Shown here: piece by piece, positions 9,527 to 20,462 of the stretch
Layout of the letters: every line of letters starts with the position of its first letter
Position numbering within the stretch: position 1 is the stretch's first letter
Assembly: GCA_902605525.1 (NCBI GenBank)
Contig: CACLCV010000001.1
Coordinates: 15,635 to 79,634, forward strand
DNA: 64,000 nucleotides
DNA from: an uncultured Gammaproteobacteria bacterium
GTDB lineage: Bacteria; Pseudomonadota; Gammaproteobacteria; GCA-002705445; GCA-002716945
Reading direction: 5' to 3'
Position numbers and translations under genes: made by a program
The notes under the pieces: model-generated
What the model was told of the DNA's origin: nothing
The model's database searches: none
What the model saw: only the letters and a program-made list of their open reading frames with translations

Positions 9527-11364
9527 TTCAAATAGTCATCATTGATATCGATAACAAAACCCTCATATTTTGATATATAAAAATTATTATAATCACCTTC
9601 AGATTGAGTATTGTCTAGATAATCAAAATAGTTATCACTTTCAACTTTCTCCCTATCAATAATCTCATCGAATGAATCTAATTTTAGTAGTAAATAATTA
9701 CCAGAACTCAGTTTATAAGATACAAATTTTTCAGTAACTGATTGATTATTAATTATTTTCATAAACTCATCATCAAATTTATCATCATATTTATATAAAT
9801 TAAATTTTTCAAAAGATTGAAGCGAACCATTATTCAGATTTTTTAGTGCTAAATTAGCTTTCGCACTCATTAAATCATTAATGGACTGAGTGAAAAGTAA
9901 TGCTCTTATTGCTATCTCCGTGTCTTTCAAACTAAGCTGTTCAGGTTGGTAATATTTCACTTTACGTACAAAAAGTATATCATCATTGGATATGTATATA
10001 GGTGGATATAAATCAATATCTTTTATATTTGAAAAAAGCTGTCTTAAAACCTCTTTGGATAATAATTTATTTTTATATGAAGTATCTATTTTAGGAGTCT
10101 GTGAAAGTAAAAGATTAAATTTTTTAGAAATATCAGCTAATGAATTTTTATCTGAATAAATCTTATTCTTTATATTATCTAAAGTTAGATAATATTCATT
10201 AGACCCTTTTTCATTAGAAAGTTTTCTATATATTTCTTCTCGAACTTCTGAAAATTCTTTATCATCTTGTTTTTCTTTTTGTATAAGTCGTAGTATGTGA
10301 ATAGCATTTGACTCAGTAGTAATCATTTTAATATCTAGAGACTTCATATCTAAAATATTCGATTTTATAATATCTGGCATATCTCCTAATGTAATTTTAC
10401 CCAGATATCCTTCGTTAGACTTTGTATCATCATCGACATTATATGTGCCTGATATTTTTGAAAAAGATACATTATTTTTAATTTCTGAAAAAGCTTTTTC
10501 AACTTCAGAAATAACCATAGACTTATCATCTTTTATTGGAAACACAAGATGATTGATTTCATATAAATCATCTTGTCTATAGGTACCTGATTTAGATCTT
10601 ATATTATATTCTTGAATAAGCTCTTCATCTGTTATTTTCATGGACTTAATAAAGTTTTTTTTATTTAATCTAATAAACTCAAATTCAGCTTCTTCATTTG
10701 AATAGAAAGAGTCTTTATTATTCTCATAGTAAGCATTAATATCATCGAGATTTATTTTAACATCATCTTGAAGTTCATCCTTTTTCAGAAGAAGATATTT
10801 CCCTTTTTTAATATGATAATTCGCATTAACATTTATTTTTTTATCATAAATACTAACTATAGAAGATCCTGTAATTGCTTTTCGTAATTGTTCACGTGTG
10901 CCTTTTTGATAAACATATTGCTCATAAGTATCTGGAGACATATTAATCATAAATAGACGTCTTTTATAAATCTTTGAATCAAAACCATCTTCATTTCTGA
11001 ATGATGACGTATTTTGTATATCATCAATGATAGAATCATCACTTAGAGCTAGACCAATGTTCGTAGAAATCTTATTTTCAATAGTCCGCCTAATCAGATT
11101 ATCAATGGTGATATTTTTAATAAATTCATTTGTGTATATAGGAGGAATAGAATCTTCATAATTTTTCCTCAAAACATCCTTAAATTGTCCCATTTCTTGA
11201 AGAACAACCGACTTGCTAATTTCTTGATCATCAACTTTAAATGCATACTGTTCATTATTAGTTCCATAATCTCCGACACCAAGAAATACTAATGGAATAG
11301 CAACTAATACAACTAAAAGTATAACTGTCCAGGTTTTTAATTTATCTCTTATGGCTGTTAACAT
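9520..11364 (-). CDS. ppiD: Periplasmic chaperone PpiD (membrane-anchored, parvulin-like)
   Basis: 614 aa with a single N-terminal TM helix (WTVILLVVLVAIPLVFLG). It holds the conserved position downstream of lon-hupB. Confidence 0.8.
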   Translation of the reverse strand: MLTAIRDKLKTWTVILLVVLVAIPLVFLGVGDYGTNNEQYAFKVDDQEISKSVVLQEMGQFKDVLRKNYEDSIPPIYTNEFIKNITIDNLIRRTIENKISTNIGLALSDDSIIDDIQNTSSFRNEDGFDSKIYKRRLFMINMSPDTYEQYVYQKGTREQLRKAITGSSIVSIYDKKINVNANYHIKKGKYLLLKKDELQDDVKINLDDINAYYENNKDSFYSNEEAEFEFIRLNKKNFIKSMKITDEELIQEYNIRSKSGTYRQDDLYEINHLVFPIKDDKSMVISEVEKAFSEIKNNVSFSKISGTYNVDDDTKSNEGYLGKITLGDMPDIIKSNILDMKSLDIKMITTESNAIHILRLIQKEKQDDKEFSEVREEIYRKLSNEKGSNEYYLTLDNIKNKIYSDKNSLADISKKFNLLLSQTPKIDTSYKNKLLSKEVLRQLFSNIKDIDLYPPIYISNDDILFVRKVKYYQPEQLSLKDTEIAIRALLFTQSINDLMSAKANLALKNLNNGSLQSFEKFNLYKYDDKFDDEFMKIINNQSVTEKFVSYKLSSGNYLLLKLDSFDEIIDREKVESDNYFDYLDNTQSEGDYNNFYISKYEGFVIDINDDYLNQ

Positions 11365-11382
11365 ATTACTAATATTTATTTA

Positions 11383-11456
11383 CGGAGACGAAGGGACTCG
11401 AACCCTCGACCTCCTGCGTGACAGGCAGGCATTCTAACCAACTGAACTACGCCTCC
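11383..11456 (-). tRNA. tRNA-Asp (GTC)
   Basis: Hand-folded minus-strand sequence GGAGGCGTAGTTCAGTTGGTTAGAATGCCTGCCTGTCACGCAGGAGGTCGAGGGTTCGAGTCCCTTCGTCTCCG. The anticodon loop is CTGTCAC, the acceptor pairs, and it is close to E. coli tRNA-Asp. No CCA is encoded. Confidence 0.9.
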
Positions 11457-11490
11457 GTGAAAGTATGTTAACACATAAAGTGTATACTAA

Positions 11491-11512
11491 AGAAGCAGCA
11501 TATGCTGCTTCT
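11491..11512. repeat. Perfect 22-nt palindrome (10-bp stem hairpin) between tRNA-Val and tRNA-Asp
   Basis: AGAAGCAGCATATGCTGCTTCT is its own reverse complement. It is one of the few GC-containing hairpins in any intergenic space of the window. Confidence 0.7.
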
Positions 11513-11525
11513 TATAAAAATGTAA

Positions 11526-11602
11526 TGGTGGGTGATGTAAGATTCGAACTTACGACCCCCGCCTTGTAAGGGCGGTGCTCTAACCAGCTGAGCTAATCAC
11601 CC
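11526..11602 (-). tRNA. tRNA-Val (TAC), CCA encoded
   Basis: Minus-strand sequence GGGTGATTAGCTCAGCTGGTTAGAGCACCGCCCTTACAAGGCGGGGGTCGTAAGTTCGAATCTTACATCACCCACCA. The anticodon loop is CTTACAA. Confidence 0.9.
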
Positions 11603-11615
11603 TTAATTAGGAATA

Positions 11616-11888
11616 CTAATTAAGAGCATCTTTGAAAGCTTTACCAGCTTTGAAAGAAGGTACTGTTGAAGCAGCAATTTGAATTGACTCACCTGTTCTA
11701 GGATTTCTCCCTGTTCTTGCTTCGCGTTTTTTTGCTTTGAATGTTCCAAAACCGACTAGGGCAACTTCATTATCACCTTTAAGTGTATTTGTTACCACAT
11801 TAATTATTGCTTCTACGTGCGCTGTAGCCTCTGACTTACTACTTCCGGCTGCTTCAGACACAGCACTAATAAATTCTGCTTTATTCAT
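11616..11888 (-). CDS. hupB: DNA-binding protein HU
   Basis: 90 aa. MNKAEFISAVSE and GRNPRTGE are HU/IHF-family signatures. It lies downstream of lon as in E. coli. Confidence 0.9.
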   Translation of the reverse strand: MNKAEFISAVSEAAGSSKSEATAHVEAIINVVTNTLKGDNEVALVGFGTFKAKKREARTGRNPRTGESIQIAASTVPSFKAGKAFKDALN

Positions 11889-12042
11889 TTAACACCTCTT
11901 TAATATCACAGTTATAGACAGTTGATTTCTTAATCAACATTAGATAATTCTACAACAATATCAACTAAAAAGGTGATAATTTAATGAAAAAATATATATA
12001 AAATTTAAAATATTTAGTTTACGTATAAAAGAATTTATGATC

Positions 12043-14439
12043 TTATTGCAGATTTTTCGGAATAATTTCTTTGATGTTTTTTGTAGGGATCTCTTTTTTT
12101 CTTTTACTTTTAGGTTTTGCAGACTTGCCTTTTAGAGCTAATGTAAAGACCTCGTCAACAAACTTTACAGGGTGTATCTTAATCTTATCTATGATGACTT
12201 TTGGCATATCTCTAAGATCCTTTTCATTATCTTTAGGGATTATAACTTCCTTTATACCGGCTCTTAGTGCGGCTAGTAACTTTTCCTTTAGGCCTCCAAT
12301 TTCAAGAACCTCTCCGCGAAGTGTGATCTCACCAGTCATTGCTATATCTGAGCGTATTGGTACAGAGGACAATGTGGATGCAACTGCTAGGGCCATAGTT
12401 ATGCCTGCACTTGGTCCATCTTTAGGTGTTGCGCCTTCTGGGACATGAATATGTATATCATTTTTTTCGAAATCTTCGACATCTATACCAAGTGAACTTG
12501 AACGTGTCTTAACAACAGTAATTCCAGCTTTAATTGATTCTTGCATAACATCTCCAAGTTGACCTGTTTGTGTCACTTTACCTTTACCAGACATGGCAAC
12601 ACATTCGACCCTTAACATTTCTCCTCCAACAGATGTCCATGCTAGGCCATTTGCTTGGCCTATCATATCCTTTTTATCACAAATCATTGATGTGTGTCTT
12701 TTGACTCCAAGATAATCCTCAATTTGTGTAGGCAAGATTTTTAGATTGTTTGTTTTGTTGAGTAAAATACTTTTGACCGATTTTCTACAAATTTTGTTGA
12801 TCTCTCGGTCAAGATTTCTTACTCCAGCTTCTCTTGTGTAAAACGAAATTATATCTCTAAGTGTCTGAACTGGTATAGATAATTCTTTTTGTTTCAAACC
12901 ATTTAAGTTGTACTGTTTTGGTATGAGGTATTTTTTTGCTATTTCTAGCTTTTCATTTTCCGTATAACCAGGAAGTCTTATAACTTCCATTCTGTCTAAT
13001 AATGGCGCAGGTATTGTATCTGTTGTGTTGGCTGTTGCTATAAACATAATGTTAGATAAATCAAAATCAACTTCTAGATAATGATCATTGAAAACATTGT
13101 TTTGTTCAGGATCAAGAACTTCAAGGAGAGCTGATGATGGATCGCCTCTAAAATCCATAGCCATTTTGTCTATTTCATCAAGTAAAAAAAGCGGATTATT
13201 AGTTTTGACTTTAGCCAGATTCTGCATTATTTTTCCTGGCATTGACCCGATATATGTTTTCCTGTGGCCTCTAATTTCAGCCTCATCTCTAACTCCACCA
13301 AGTGACATCTTTATAAATTTTCTAGTTGTGGCTCTTGCGATAGACCTAGCAAGAGATGTCTTTCCAACTCCTGGTGGGCCCACGAGACATAATATGGGTC
13401 CTCTAATTTTGTTGACTCTTTTAGTTACTGCCAAATACTCTAAAATCCTCTCTTTAACTTTGTCTAGACCATGATGATCATCTTCTAAGATATCATTTGC
13501 TTTGCTCAAGTCTGTAGATATTTCTGTTGATTGTGTCCATGGGAGACTAACTATGATGTCTAAATAATTTCTAACCACAGTTGCTTCAGCAGACATCGGT
13601 GACATCATCTTAAGTTTGTTAAATTCAGACATAGCTTTTTCTTTTGCTTCGTTTGGAAGATTAAGTTTATTAATTTTTTTAAGTAGTTGGTCTAGATCAT
13701 TACTCTCATCACCAATTTCACCAAGTTCTTTTTGGATTGCTTTCATTTGTTCATTTAGATAGTACTCTCTCTGGCTTTTTTCCATTTGTTGTTTCACACG
13801 ACTTCTAATTTTTTTCTCTACATGCAATATATCAAGTTCGCCTTCCATTGCTTTAATTAAATATTCACAACGTTTTTTGACATCTAATAGCTCAAGTACT
13901 TTTTGCTTTTCATCTAATTTTAATGTCATATGTGCGGCTATACTATCAGCAAGCTTTGATAAATCATCAATACCAGTTATGGACGAGATAACTTCTGGTG
14001 GTACTTTTTTGTTTAACTTGACGTAATTGGAGAAAGTATCCTCCAATGTTCTAAATAACGCATCATACTGATTCTCATTAATTGATTCTTCACTATCGAT
14101 ATAAGAATAAGTACACGAAAGTCTATTGTCAGTCTCTACTTTGCTGATTTTTACTCTAGATACTCCTTCTACCAGGACCTTCATTGTTCCATCAGGCAGT
14201 TTTAGCAATTGCAGAATATTCGCAACAGTCCCTATAGAATATAAATCTTTAATGCTTGGATCATCTATTTCAGCACTTTTTTGTGTTACTAAGACAATAC
14301 TTTTGTCATGGTTGTTCATGGAATCATCAAGCGATTTGATAGAAAGATCTCTCCCTACAAATAAAGGGACAACCATATTTGGATAAATTACCACATCTCT
14401 TAATGGTAACAGTGGAAGATTTGAATAATCTTTTTTCAT
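12043..14439 (-). CDS. lon: ATP-dependent Lon protease
   Basis: 798 aa with Walker A GPPGVGKTS, the catalytic Ser context PKDGPSAG and a LON N-domain start (LPLLPLRDVVIYP). Confidence 0.97.
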   Translation of the reverse strand: MKKDYSNLPLLPLRDVVIYPNMVVPLFVGRDLSIKSLDDSMNNHDKSIVLVTQKSAEIDDPSIKDLYSIGTVANILQLLKLPDGTMKVLVEGVSRVKISKVETDNRLSCTYSYIDSEESINENQYDALFRTLEDTFSNYVKLNKKVPPEVISSITGIDDLSKLADSIAAHMTLKLDEKQKVLELLDVKKRCEYLIKAMEGELDILHVEKKIRSRVKQQMEKSQREYYLNEQMKAIQKELGEIGDESNDLDQLLKKINKLNLPNEAKEKAMSEFNKLKMMSPMSAEATVVRNYLDIIVSLPWTQSTEISTDLSKANDILEDDHHGLDKVKERILEYLAVTKRVNKIRGPILCLVGPPGVGKTSLARSIARATTRKFIKMSLGGVRDEAEIRGHRKTYIGSMPGKIMQNLAKVKTNNPLFLLDEIDKMAMDFRGDPSSALLEVLDPEQNNVFNDHYLEVDFDLSNIMFIATANTTDTIPAPLLDRMEVIRLPGYTENEKLEIAKKYLIPKQYNLNGLKQKELSIPVQTLRDIISFYTREAGVRNLDREINKICRKSVKSILLNKTNNLKILPTQIEDYLGVKRHTSMICDKKDMIGQANGLAWTSVGGEMLRVECVAMSGKGKVTQTGQLGDVMQESIKAGITVVKTRSSSLGIDVEDFEKNDIHIHVPEGATPKDGPSAGITMALAVASTLSSVPIRSDIAMTGEITLRGEVLEIGGLKEKLLAALRAGIKEVIIPKDNEKDLRDMPKVIIDKIKIHPVKFVDEVFTLALKGKSAKPKSKRKKEIPTKNIKEIIPKNLQ

Positions 14440-14469
14440 ATTATTAATTTATGGGCGAAATACCAAAAA

Positions 14470-15738
14470 TCAAGATTTATTTATTTCCTTTTTTGTAGCT
14501 TTTGATTTGTAAATCATAAGTGGTTCTGTATCTGAGTCCACGACATTCTTGTCTATGACGACTTTGCTTACATCTTCTTGCGACGGAAGGTCATACATTG
14601 TATTCAAAAGTATACTTTCGATAAGAGTTCTAAGACCTCTTGCGCCAGTTTTCCTTTTCATAGCTTTTTTAGAAATAGCTAATAAAGCATCCTCTCTGAA
14701 CTCTAAATCACAACCTTCCATATCAAAAAGTTTTCTGTATTGATTAACAAGTGCATTTTTTGGTTCGGTCAATATTCTGATTAGAGACTTCTCATCTAAC
14801 TCATCTAAGGTTGCAATAACGGGAAGTCTGCCAACAAATTCAGGTATTAATCCAAATTTTATTAAATCTTCTGGCCCAATGCTTTCAATAGATTCTGCAA
14901 ATGTTTTTTCAATATTAATATCCTTCACTTTGGCTGAAAATCCAATACCAGAATTATTCTTTCTTTGATTAATAATCTTGTCTATACCTGAAAATGCACC
15001 ACCTACTATAAACAACATATTTGAAGTATCAACTTGCAAAAACTCTTGTTGAGGATGTTTCCTGCCGCCCTGTGGAGGCACTGATGCTACAGTTCCCTCA
15101 ATCAATTTTAGTAACGCCTGCTGAACTCCTTCGCCTGATACATCTCTAGTTATAGAGGGATTATCTGATTTTCTTGAAATTTTATCAATCTCGTCAATGT
15201 ATACTATTCCTGTTTGTGCCTTTTCTACATCGTAATCACATTTTTGGAGAAGTTTTTGAATTATGTTTTCTACATCTTCGCCAACATATCCTGCTTCAGT
15301 TAATGTAGTAGCATCTGCAATAGTGAAGGGAACATTGAGTAATTTGGCTAATGTCTCTGCTAGAAGCGTTTTACCAGACCCAGTTGGACCAATTAGTAAA
15401 ATATTACTTTTATTAAGTTCAACATCATTTTTCTTTGGCGATATATTTAGTTTTTTATAATGATTGTAAACAGCAACAGATAACACTTTTTTTGCATGTG
15501 GCTGACCTATTACATAATCATCAAGGATAGAATTAATTTCGTGAGGTTTTGGAAGTTTTTCCTTTGATTTTGATGATTTCTCCTCAAGCTCATCGCTAAT
15601 GATTTCATTACATAAGTCTACGCACTCATCACAAATAAAAACAGATGGTCCGGCAATCAGCTTTGCAACTTCATTCTGATTTTTTCCACAGAACGAGCAG
15701 TGTAAAAGTTTAGATGAATTTTTTGTATTATCTTCCAT
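14470..15738 (-). CDS. clpX: ATP-dependent Clp protease ATP-binding subunit ClpX
   Basis: N-terminal zinc ribbon CSFCGK...CDEC and Walker A GPTGSGKT; 422 aa. Confidence 0.97.
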   Translation of the reverse strand: MEDNTKNSSKLLHCSFCGKNQNEVAKLIAGPSVFICDECVDLCNEIISDELEEKSSKSKEKLPKPHEINSILDDYVIGQPHAKKVLSVAVYNHYKKLNISPKKNDVELNKSNILLIGPTGSGKTLLAETLAKLLNVPFTIADATTLTEAGYVGEDVENIIQKLLQKCDYDVEKAQTGIVYIDEIDKISRKSDNPSITRDVSGEGVQQALLKLIEGTVASVPPQGGRKHPQQEFLQVDTSNMLFIVGGAFSGIDKIINQRKNNSGIGFSAKVKDINIEKTFAESIESIGPEDLIKFGLIPEFVGRLPVIATLDELDEKSLIRILTEPKNALVNQYRKLFDMEGCDLEFREDALLAISKKAMKRKTGARGLRTLIESILLNTMYDLPSQEDVSKVVIDKNVVDSDTEPLMIYKSKATKKEINKS

Positions 15739-15799
15739 ATCAATACCTCATTTCAGTATACAATGAAACTTGATGAAATCAAATTATAGAAGACAGTGA

Positions 15800-16399
15800 T
15801 TATTTTCTTGTTTGAAGAATATCGTCAATTAAGCCATATTTCTTAGCTTCTTCTGGACTCATAAAATTGTCTCTTTCAGTATCAGATTCTATTTTTTTGA
15901 TAGTTTGTCCAGTTGAATTTGATAAAATTTGATTGAGTCTTTTTCTTATACTTAGTATTTCTTTTGCCTGAATATCAAAATCTGTTGCTTGTCCTTGAAA
16001 TGAGCCTAAAGGTTGATGAATCATAACTCTTGAGTTCGATAGACAAAATCTCTTTTTTTTATCTCCCCCAGATAATAGAACTGCGCCCATACTAGCTGCC
16101 TGTCCAATACAGAGTGTACTTACAGCAGGCTTGATAAAATTCATTGTGTCTAATATGGATAAACCAGCTGTGACACTACCTCCTGGTGAATTGATATAAA
16201 GAGATATATCAGCTTTAGGATCTTCAGACTCTAAAAATAAGAGCTGAGCAACTATTAGGTTAGATAAGTTGTCATCTATGGGTCCAGTTAAGAAAATAAT
16301 TCTTTCTTTTAAAAGTCTTGAATATATGTCAAATGCTCTCTCGCCTCTAGAGGTTGATTCTACCACCATCGGTACTAAATTATTATTTATATTATTCAT
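15800..16399 (-). CDS. clpP: ATP-dependent Clp protease proteolytic subunit
   Basis: 199 aa with the catalytic contexts GQAASMGA and MIHQP. Confidence 0.97.
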   Translation of the reverse strand: MNNINNNLVPMVVESTSRGERAFDIYSRLLKERIIFLTGPIDDNLSNLIVAQLLFLESEDPKADISLYINSPGGSVTAGLSILDTMNFIKPAVSTLCIGQAASMGAVLLSGGDKKKRFCLSNSRVMIHQPLGSFQGQATDFDIQAKEILSIRKRLNQILSNSTGQTIKKIESDTERDNFMSPEEAKKYGLIDDILQTRK

Positions 16400-17696
16400 C
16401 CATAACCTCCGAAAATGTCTTTTTAGTAGGTGTCACTGTTGCGATGCTAATCACATGTTCTACAATAGCATTTTCTACTATTTTATTCTTTATATCCATT
16501 AGTGCAGACGTCTTATCTTTTTTAAGTTTTTCACTGAAAAACTGTCTGAAAGATGGAGACTGCTCATTGCTAAAATCAATAGCCTCTTGATCAGAAATAA
16601 TAGTATTAACTTCTTTGGCTAGTTTAATATATATAATATTTAGCTTGACCCTCTTTATAGCTATCTCTCTAATTTTATCATCAATATTTTCATCTGATTT
16701 TTTTAATGACTTATATTGATTCTCAAGCTCTTGCTGATGTTTATTAACCATGCTCTCTGGCGGAACAAAATCAAAGAACTCAACAAGTTTCTCGTTTACA
16801 AGTCCATATTTTTTGGAAACCATTTTATCTTTAAGTTCAAACTCCATATGATTTTTTACATTTCTTTTAAATTCATCGGCATTATCGGTGACAATACCTA
16901 GTAGCGCAAAGAAGTCTTTATTTAGTTCAGGAAGTGATCCAGAAGATATTTTTTTAATTTTTACATCATATTTTACCAACTTACCTGCCAATTCCTTGTC
17001 CGGAAAATCTTTAGGCATATTGTTTGTTACAACAACTTGATCATTAATATTTTTTTCTGAACATTCCTTTGAAAACTCTCGAAATAGCGCAACCGTAGCT
17101 GGATCGCCTTTCACAATATCATCTATGATAAATGAAAAATCTTCTTGTTTATTATTTTTGAATTCCTTTCCGTCAATTCTGCCTAGATAGTCAACCACAA
17201 TCTTATTACCGCTCTTTGACTTATCGGACGAATCTGTCCAAATAGTATTTTGTTTTTGTATATTTGTAATTACAACGTCAATATCTTTATCTGTTATATT
17301 AACTTCTGGTATGCTAATTTTTAAATCTTTGAGATTACCTAACTCCACCTCTGGCATCTTATTAAACGTAACCTCAAAAGATAAATCTTTATCACTCGTG
17401 GGTGCATCAATAAGTTTAACAGATGGTGAGTCAATTAGATCAAGCTTCTTTTCTAGATTAATTTTTTGTGTATAGAACTCTATCAGATTACTAATGCTTT
17501 TTTGATGACATTGAGCATCAAACTTTTTTTTAATAACAGAAGGTGGAACTTTTCCCTGTCTAAAACCGTCAAACTTTGCTGTTTTAGCAATAATAGATAA
17601 TTCACTGTTATATTGTTTTTGATATTCTTCGTTAGCAATTACTACCGAAATTTTGAGTTCACTATCATTATCATTTATTATCTTCTGATTAGCCAT
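16392..17696 (-). CDS. tig: Trigger factor
   Basis: 434 aa, directly upstream of clpP-clpX-lon, with a central FKBP-like region. Length and synteny are typical. Confidence 0.9.
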   Translation of the reverse strand: MANQKIINDNDSELKISVVIANEEYQKQYNSELSIIAKTAKFDGFRQGKVPPSVIKKKFDAQCHQKSISNLIEFYTQKINLEKKLDLIDSPSVKLIDAPTSDKDLSFEVTFNKMPEVELGNLKDLKISIPEVNITDKDIDVVITNIQKQNTIWTDSSDKSKSGNKIVVDYLGRIDGKEFKNNKQEDFSFIIDDIVKGDPATVALFREFSKECSEKNINDQVVVTNNMPKDFPDKELAGKLVKYDVKIKKISSGSLPELNKDFFALLGIVTDNADEFKRNVKNHMEFELKDKMVSKKYGLVNEKLVEFFDFVPPESMVNKHQQELENQYKSLKKSDENIDDKIREIAIKRVKLNIIYIKLAKEVNTIISDQEAIDFSNEQSPSFRQFFSEKLKKDKTSALMDIKNKIVENAIVEHVISIATVTPTKKTFSEVMDE

Positions 17697-17702
17697 TGGT
17701 GC

Positions 17703-18107
17703 TCAATTATTAATCATATCAAATGTTTTATCAATAAAATATGTAAATGCTTTTTCTGAATTTGTAAAGAATTTAGAATCATCATATTCATCATTTATTC
17801 TATTGTACAGAAGATATTCCCATGTGATTATAATATCTCCCTCGTCTTTAGAAAAATCTTGAAGTACAAGTGTATTTTCAAATTCTGAGTTTTTTGGACC
17901 ATATTTTATTGCACAAATATCATAAGACCTATCGCATTTCTTAATTACAGGATTTTCACTGACTGTTTCTAGAGTATTTCTGAAGAAAACTCTTTTTTCC
18001 TTTAAATTAGTCTTGAATTTATTTTCATGTTTGGGCTCATTAGTCCAAATAATCTTATTTTTTTCATCTAATTTTTTTTTAAATTCTTTATGATATATTT
18101 TTGCCAT
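17703..18107 (-). CDS. Hypothetical protein, 134 aa (Lys-rich N-terminus, acidic C-terminus; no TM or signal peptide)
   Basis: The ORF fills the whole space between tRNA-Leu (14 nt upstream) and tig (6 nt downstream). I recognise no motif. Confidence 0.55.
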   Translation of the reverse strand: MAKIYHKEFKKKLDEKNKIIWTNEPKHENKFKTNLKEKRVFFRNTLETVSENPVIKKCDRSYDICAIKYGPKNSEFENTLVLQDFSKDEGDIIITWEYLLYNRINDEYDDSKFFTNSEKAFTYFIDKTFDMINN

Positions 18108-18121
18108 AGTATTATTTTATT

Positions 18122-18202
<81 letters not shown>

Positions 18203-18211
18203 AAAATTCTG

Positions 18212-18284
18212 GGTGGATGATGGGATTCGAACCCACGACAACCGGTACCACAAACCAGGGCTCTACCACTGAGCTACACCCACC
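18212..18284 (-). tRNA. tRNA-His (GTG) with encoded G-1
   Basis: Minus-strand sequence GGTGGGTGTAGCTCAGTGGTAGAGCCCTGGTTTGTGGTACCGGTTGTCGTGGGTTCGAATCCCATCATCCACCC. It is very close to E. coli tRNA-His, and the extra 5' G pairs with C73. Confidence 0.9.
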
Positions 18285-18305
18285 ATGTTAAGTAATTATA
18301 ACATA

Positions 18306-18380
18306 CGCGCCTGGAAGGACTCGAACCTCCGACCCTATCGTTCGTAGCGATATACTCTAATCCAACTGAGCTACAGGCGC
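18306..18380 (-). tRNA. tRNA-Arg (ACG)
   Basis: Minus-strand sequence GCGCCTGTAGCTCAGTTGGATTAGAGTATATCGCTACGAACGATAGGGTCGGAGGTTCGAGTCCTTCCAGGCGCG. The anticodon loop is CTACGAA. Confidence 0.9.
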
Positions 18381-18385
18381 ATATT

Positions 18386-18459
18386 TCGGGGTGATAGGAT
18401 TCGAACCTACGACCTACTGGTCCCAAACCAGCCGCGCTACCAAGCTGCGCTACACCCCG
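18386..18459 (-). tRNA. tRNA-Pro (TGG)
   Basis: Minus-strand sequence CGGGGTGTAGCGCAGCTTGGTAGCGCGGCTGGTTTGGGACCAGTAGGTCGTAGGTTCGAATCCTATCACCCCGA. The anticodon loop is TTTGGGA. Confidence 0.9.
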
Positions 18460-18502
18460 TGGTGTGATTATTATACCTATACTTTGAATTTATTAAATAT
18501 TT

Positions 18503-19834
18503 CTAATCTTTAATTTTCCATGTTACGCCAGATGGGCCATCCTTAAGATCTACATTCATCGATGCAAGCATGTTTCTGATTTGATCTGCAGATGCATAAT
18601 CTTTATTTTGTCTGGCAGTTTCTCGTTGAGAAATTAAGTCTTCAACCTTATTTTTAAGTTCGACACTTATTTTATAAGCATTCCTTTTAAGGCCGATCAA
18701 ATCACAATTGTACCTAAGCTTTGGGAGTAGATTTTTATTATTTTTGGAATCTTTAGCTTGTTTTACAAGATATTGTATCGCATTAGGGGTATTTAAATCG
18801 TCACATAGTAATCCTAGAAAATCATTATCATCTTCTCTAACATCGGAAGAATCGGCATCAAGTGATGTGACTATCTTTTCATAAATATTTTTTGCATTAT
18901 TAACTGTATCATTAGTCCAGTTAAGAGGCTGTCTATAATGAGAGCTCATTAATGCTAATCTTACGACTATAGGGTTTGTAGAGTTAATAATGTCTGAAAC
19001 CAAAATCACATTGCCAAGTGATTTAGACATTTTTTTCTTATCTACCAAGACAATTCCATTATGAAACCAGTAATTACAATATTTTGCTGATGCACATGAT
19101 GTACCCTGTGCAATTTCATTTTCATGATGAGGAAATATTAAATCATTCCCACCTCCATGAATATCAAGTGTTTGCTCATTTCCGATGACACTTTTTATCA
19201 TGCTTGTGCATTCTATATGCCAACCAGGTCTCCCATAACCCCATGGACTATCCCAACCGCAATTTTCATTTACAGATGGTTTCCAAAGAACAAAATCTTT
19301 TGGATTTTTCTTATAAGATTCTGGCTTTACTCTTGCTCCATCAATGAGATCGTCAGATACTTTTTTAGAGAGGGAACCATAATCTTCGAACGAATCCATA
19401 TCGAAAACTACATGATTTTCAGATACATATGCTGACTTATTATTGAGTATTTTCTCAATTGTTGAAATAATATTATCTATGTTTTCAGTAACTTTGGGTT
19501 CGAATGTTGGTTTGAGCATATTAAGTTTTGACATCTCATTTTGATACATCTCCGTAACATTTTGAGTAATTACATTAATAGGTATGCCAGTTTTTTCAGA
19601 TTCTAGGATTATCTTGTCATCAACATCTGTAAGATTTCTTATATATATAACCTCTTCATATAGCTTTTGAAGTAAACGGTAAAATAAATCACCCACCAGA
19701 GCGGCTCTAGCATTGCCGATATGTGGGGCACTATATACCGTTGGTCCACACACATACATACTTACTTTATTTTCCGTATGAGGCAGGAATTGTTCTTTTT
19801 TATTGGTTAGAGTGTTATAGATGTGTAAATTCAT
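18503..19834 (-). CDS. cysS: Cysteine--tRNA ligase
   Basis: 443 aa with class I signatures HIGN (GPTVYSAPHIGNAR) and KMSKS. Confidence 0.95.
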   Translation of the reverse strand: MNLHIYNTLTNKKEQFLPHTENKVSMYVCGPTVYSAPHIGNARAALVGDLFYRLLQKLYEEVIYIRNLTDVDDKIILESEKTGIPINVITQNVTEMYQNEMSKLNMLKPTFEPKVTENIDNIISTIEKILNNKSAYVSENHVVFDMDSFEDYGSLSKKVSDDLIDGARVKPESYKKNPKDFVLWKPSVNENCGWDSPWGYGRPGWHIECTSMIKSVIGNEQTLDIHGGGNDLIFPHHENEIAQGTSCASAKYCNYWFHNGIVLVDKKKMSKSLGNVILVSDIINSTNPIVVRLALMSSHYRQPLNWTNDTVNNAKNIYEKIVTSLDADSSDVREDDNDFLGLLCDDLNTPNAIQYLVKQAKDSKNNKNLLPKLRYNCDLIGLKRNAYKISVELKNKVEDLISQRETARQNKDYASADQIRNMLASMNVDLKDGPSGVTWKIKD

Positions 19835-19854
19835 TTAATGTATTATTAACCTAA

Positions 19855-20454
19855 ATGTTGAAGAAAATAAAATATAAATACCTACTTTATTTTCTACTAT
19901 TTTTCAGTATATCTTCATGTAGTGACATTATACATGATAATCAAAAAACACAGGAGACGAAATTGATCAAGCTTTCAACAAATATGGGCGATATAACTCT
20001 AGAGTTATTTCAAGATAAAGCCCCAGAAACAGTAGCTAATTTTTTAAAATATACAAATGAAGGAAAACTAAATGGAACGATATTTCACAGGGTAATACCA
20101 AATTTTATGATTCAAGGCGGTGGTCATTTACAAGATATGTCACAGATTGATACTTTTGATCCTGTTATTAATGAATCGAGTAATAATATTAGTAATAAAA
20201 AAGGAACAATCGCTATGGCAAGAACAAGCAGTCCCAACTCTGCAACGTCACAGTTTTTCATTAATTTAAGAGATAATGAATTTCTTGATAAGGCTAACTC
20301 TGCTGATGGCTATGGATATTGTGTTTTTGGTCAAGTTACAGATGGTATAGAAATAGTTGAGCAAATTGGTGCTGTATCTACTGGAAATAATGCTGGTCAT
20401 TCTGATGTTCCGATTGAAAACATTATAATAAATGAAGTAACGCTTATTGAATAA
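19855..20454 (+). CDS. Cyclophilin-type peptidyl-prolyl isomerase, predicted lipoprotein
   Basis: FHRVIPNFMIQGG is the cyclophilin core. The N-terminus carries the lipobox FFSISSC. It is divergent from cysS and upstream of lpxH, like ppiB in E. coli. Confidence 0.9.
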   Translation: MLKKIKYKYLLYFLLFFSISSCSDIIHDNQKTQETKLIKLSTNMGDITLELFQDKAPETVANFLKYTNEGKLNGTIFHRVIPNFMIQGGGHLQDMSQIDTFDPVINESSNNISNKKGTIAMARTSSPNSATSQFFINLRDNEFLDKANSADGYGYCVFGQVTDGIEIVEQIGAVSTGNNAGHSDVPIENIIINEVTLIE

Positions 20455-20462
20455 TCACATTT

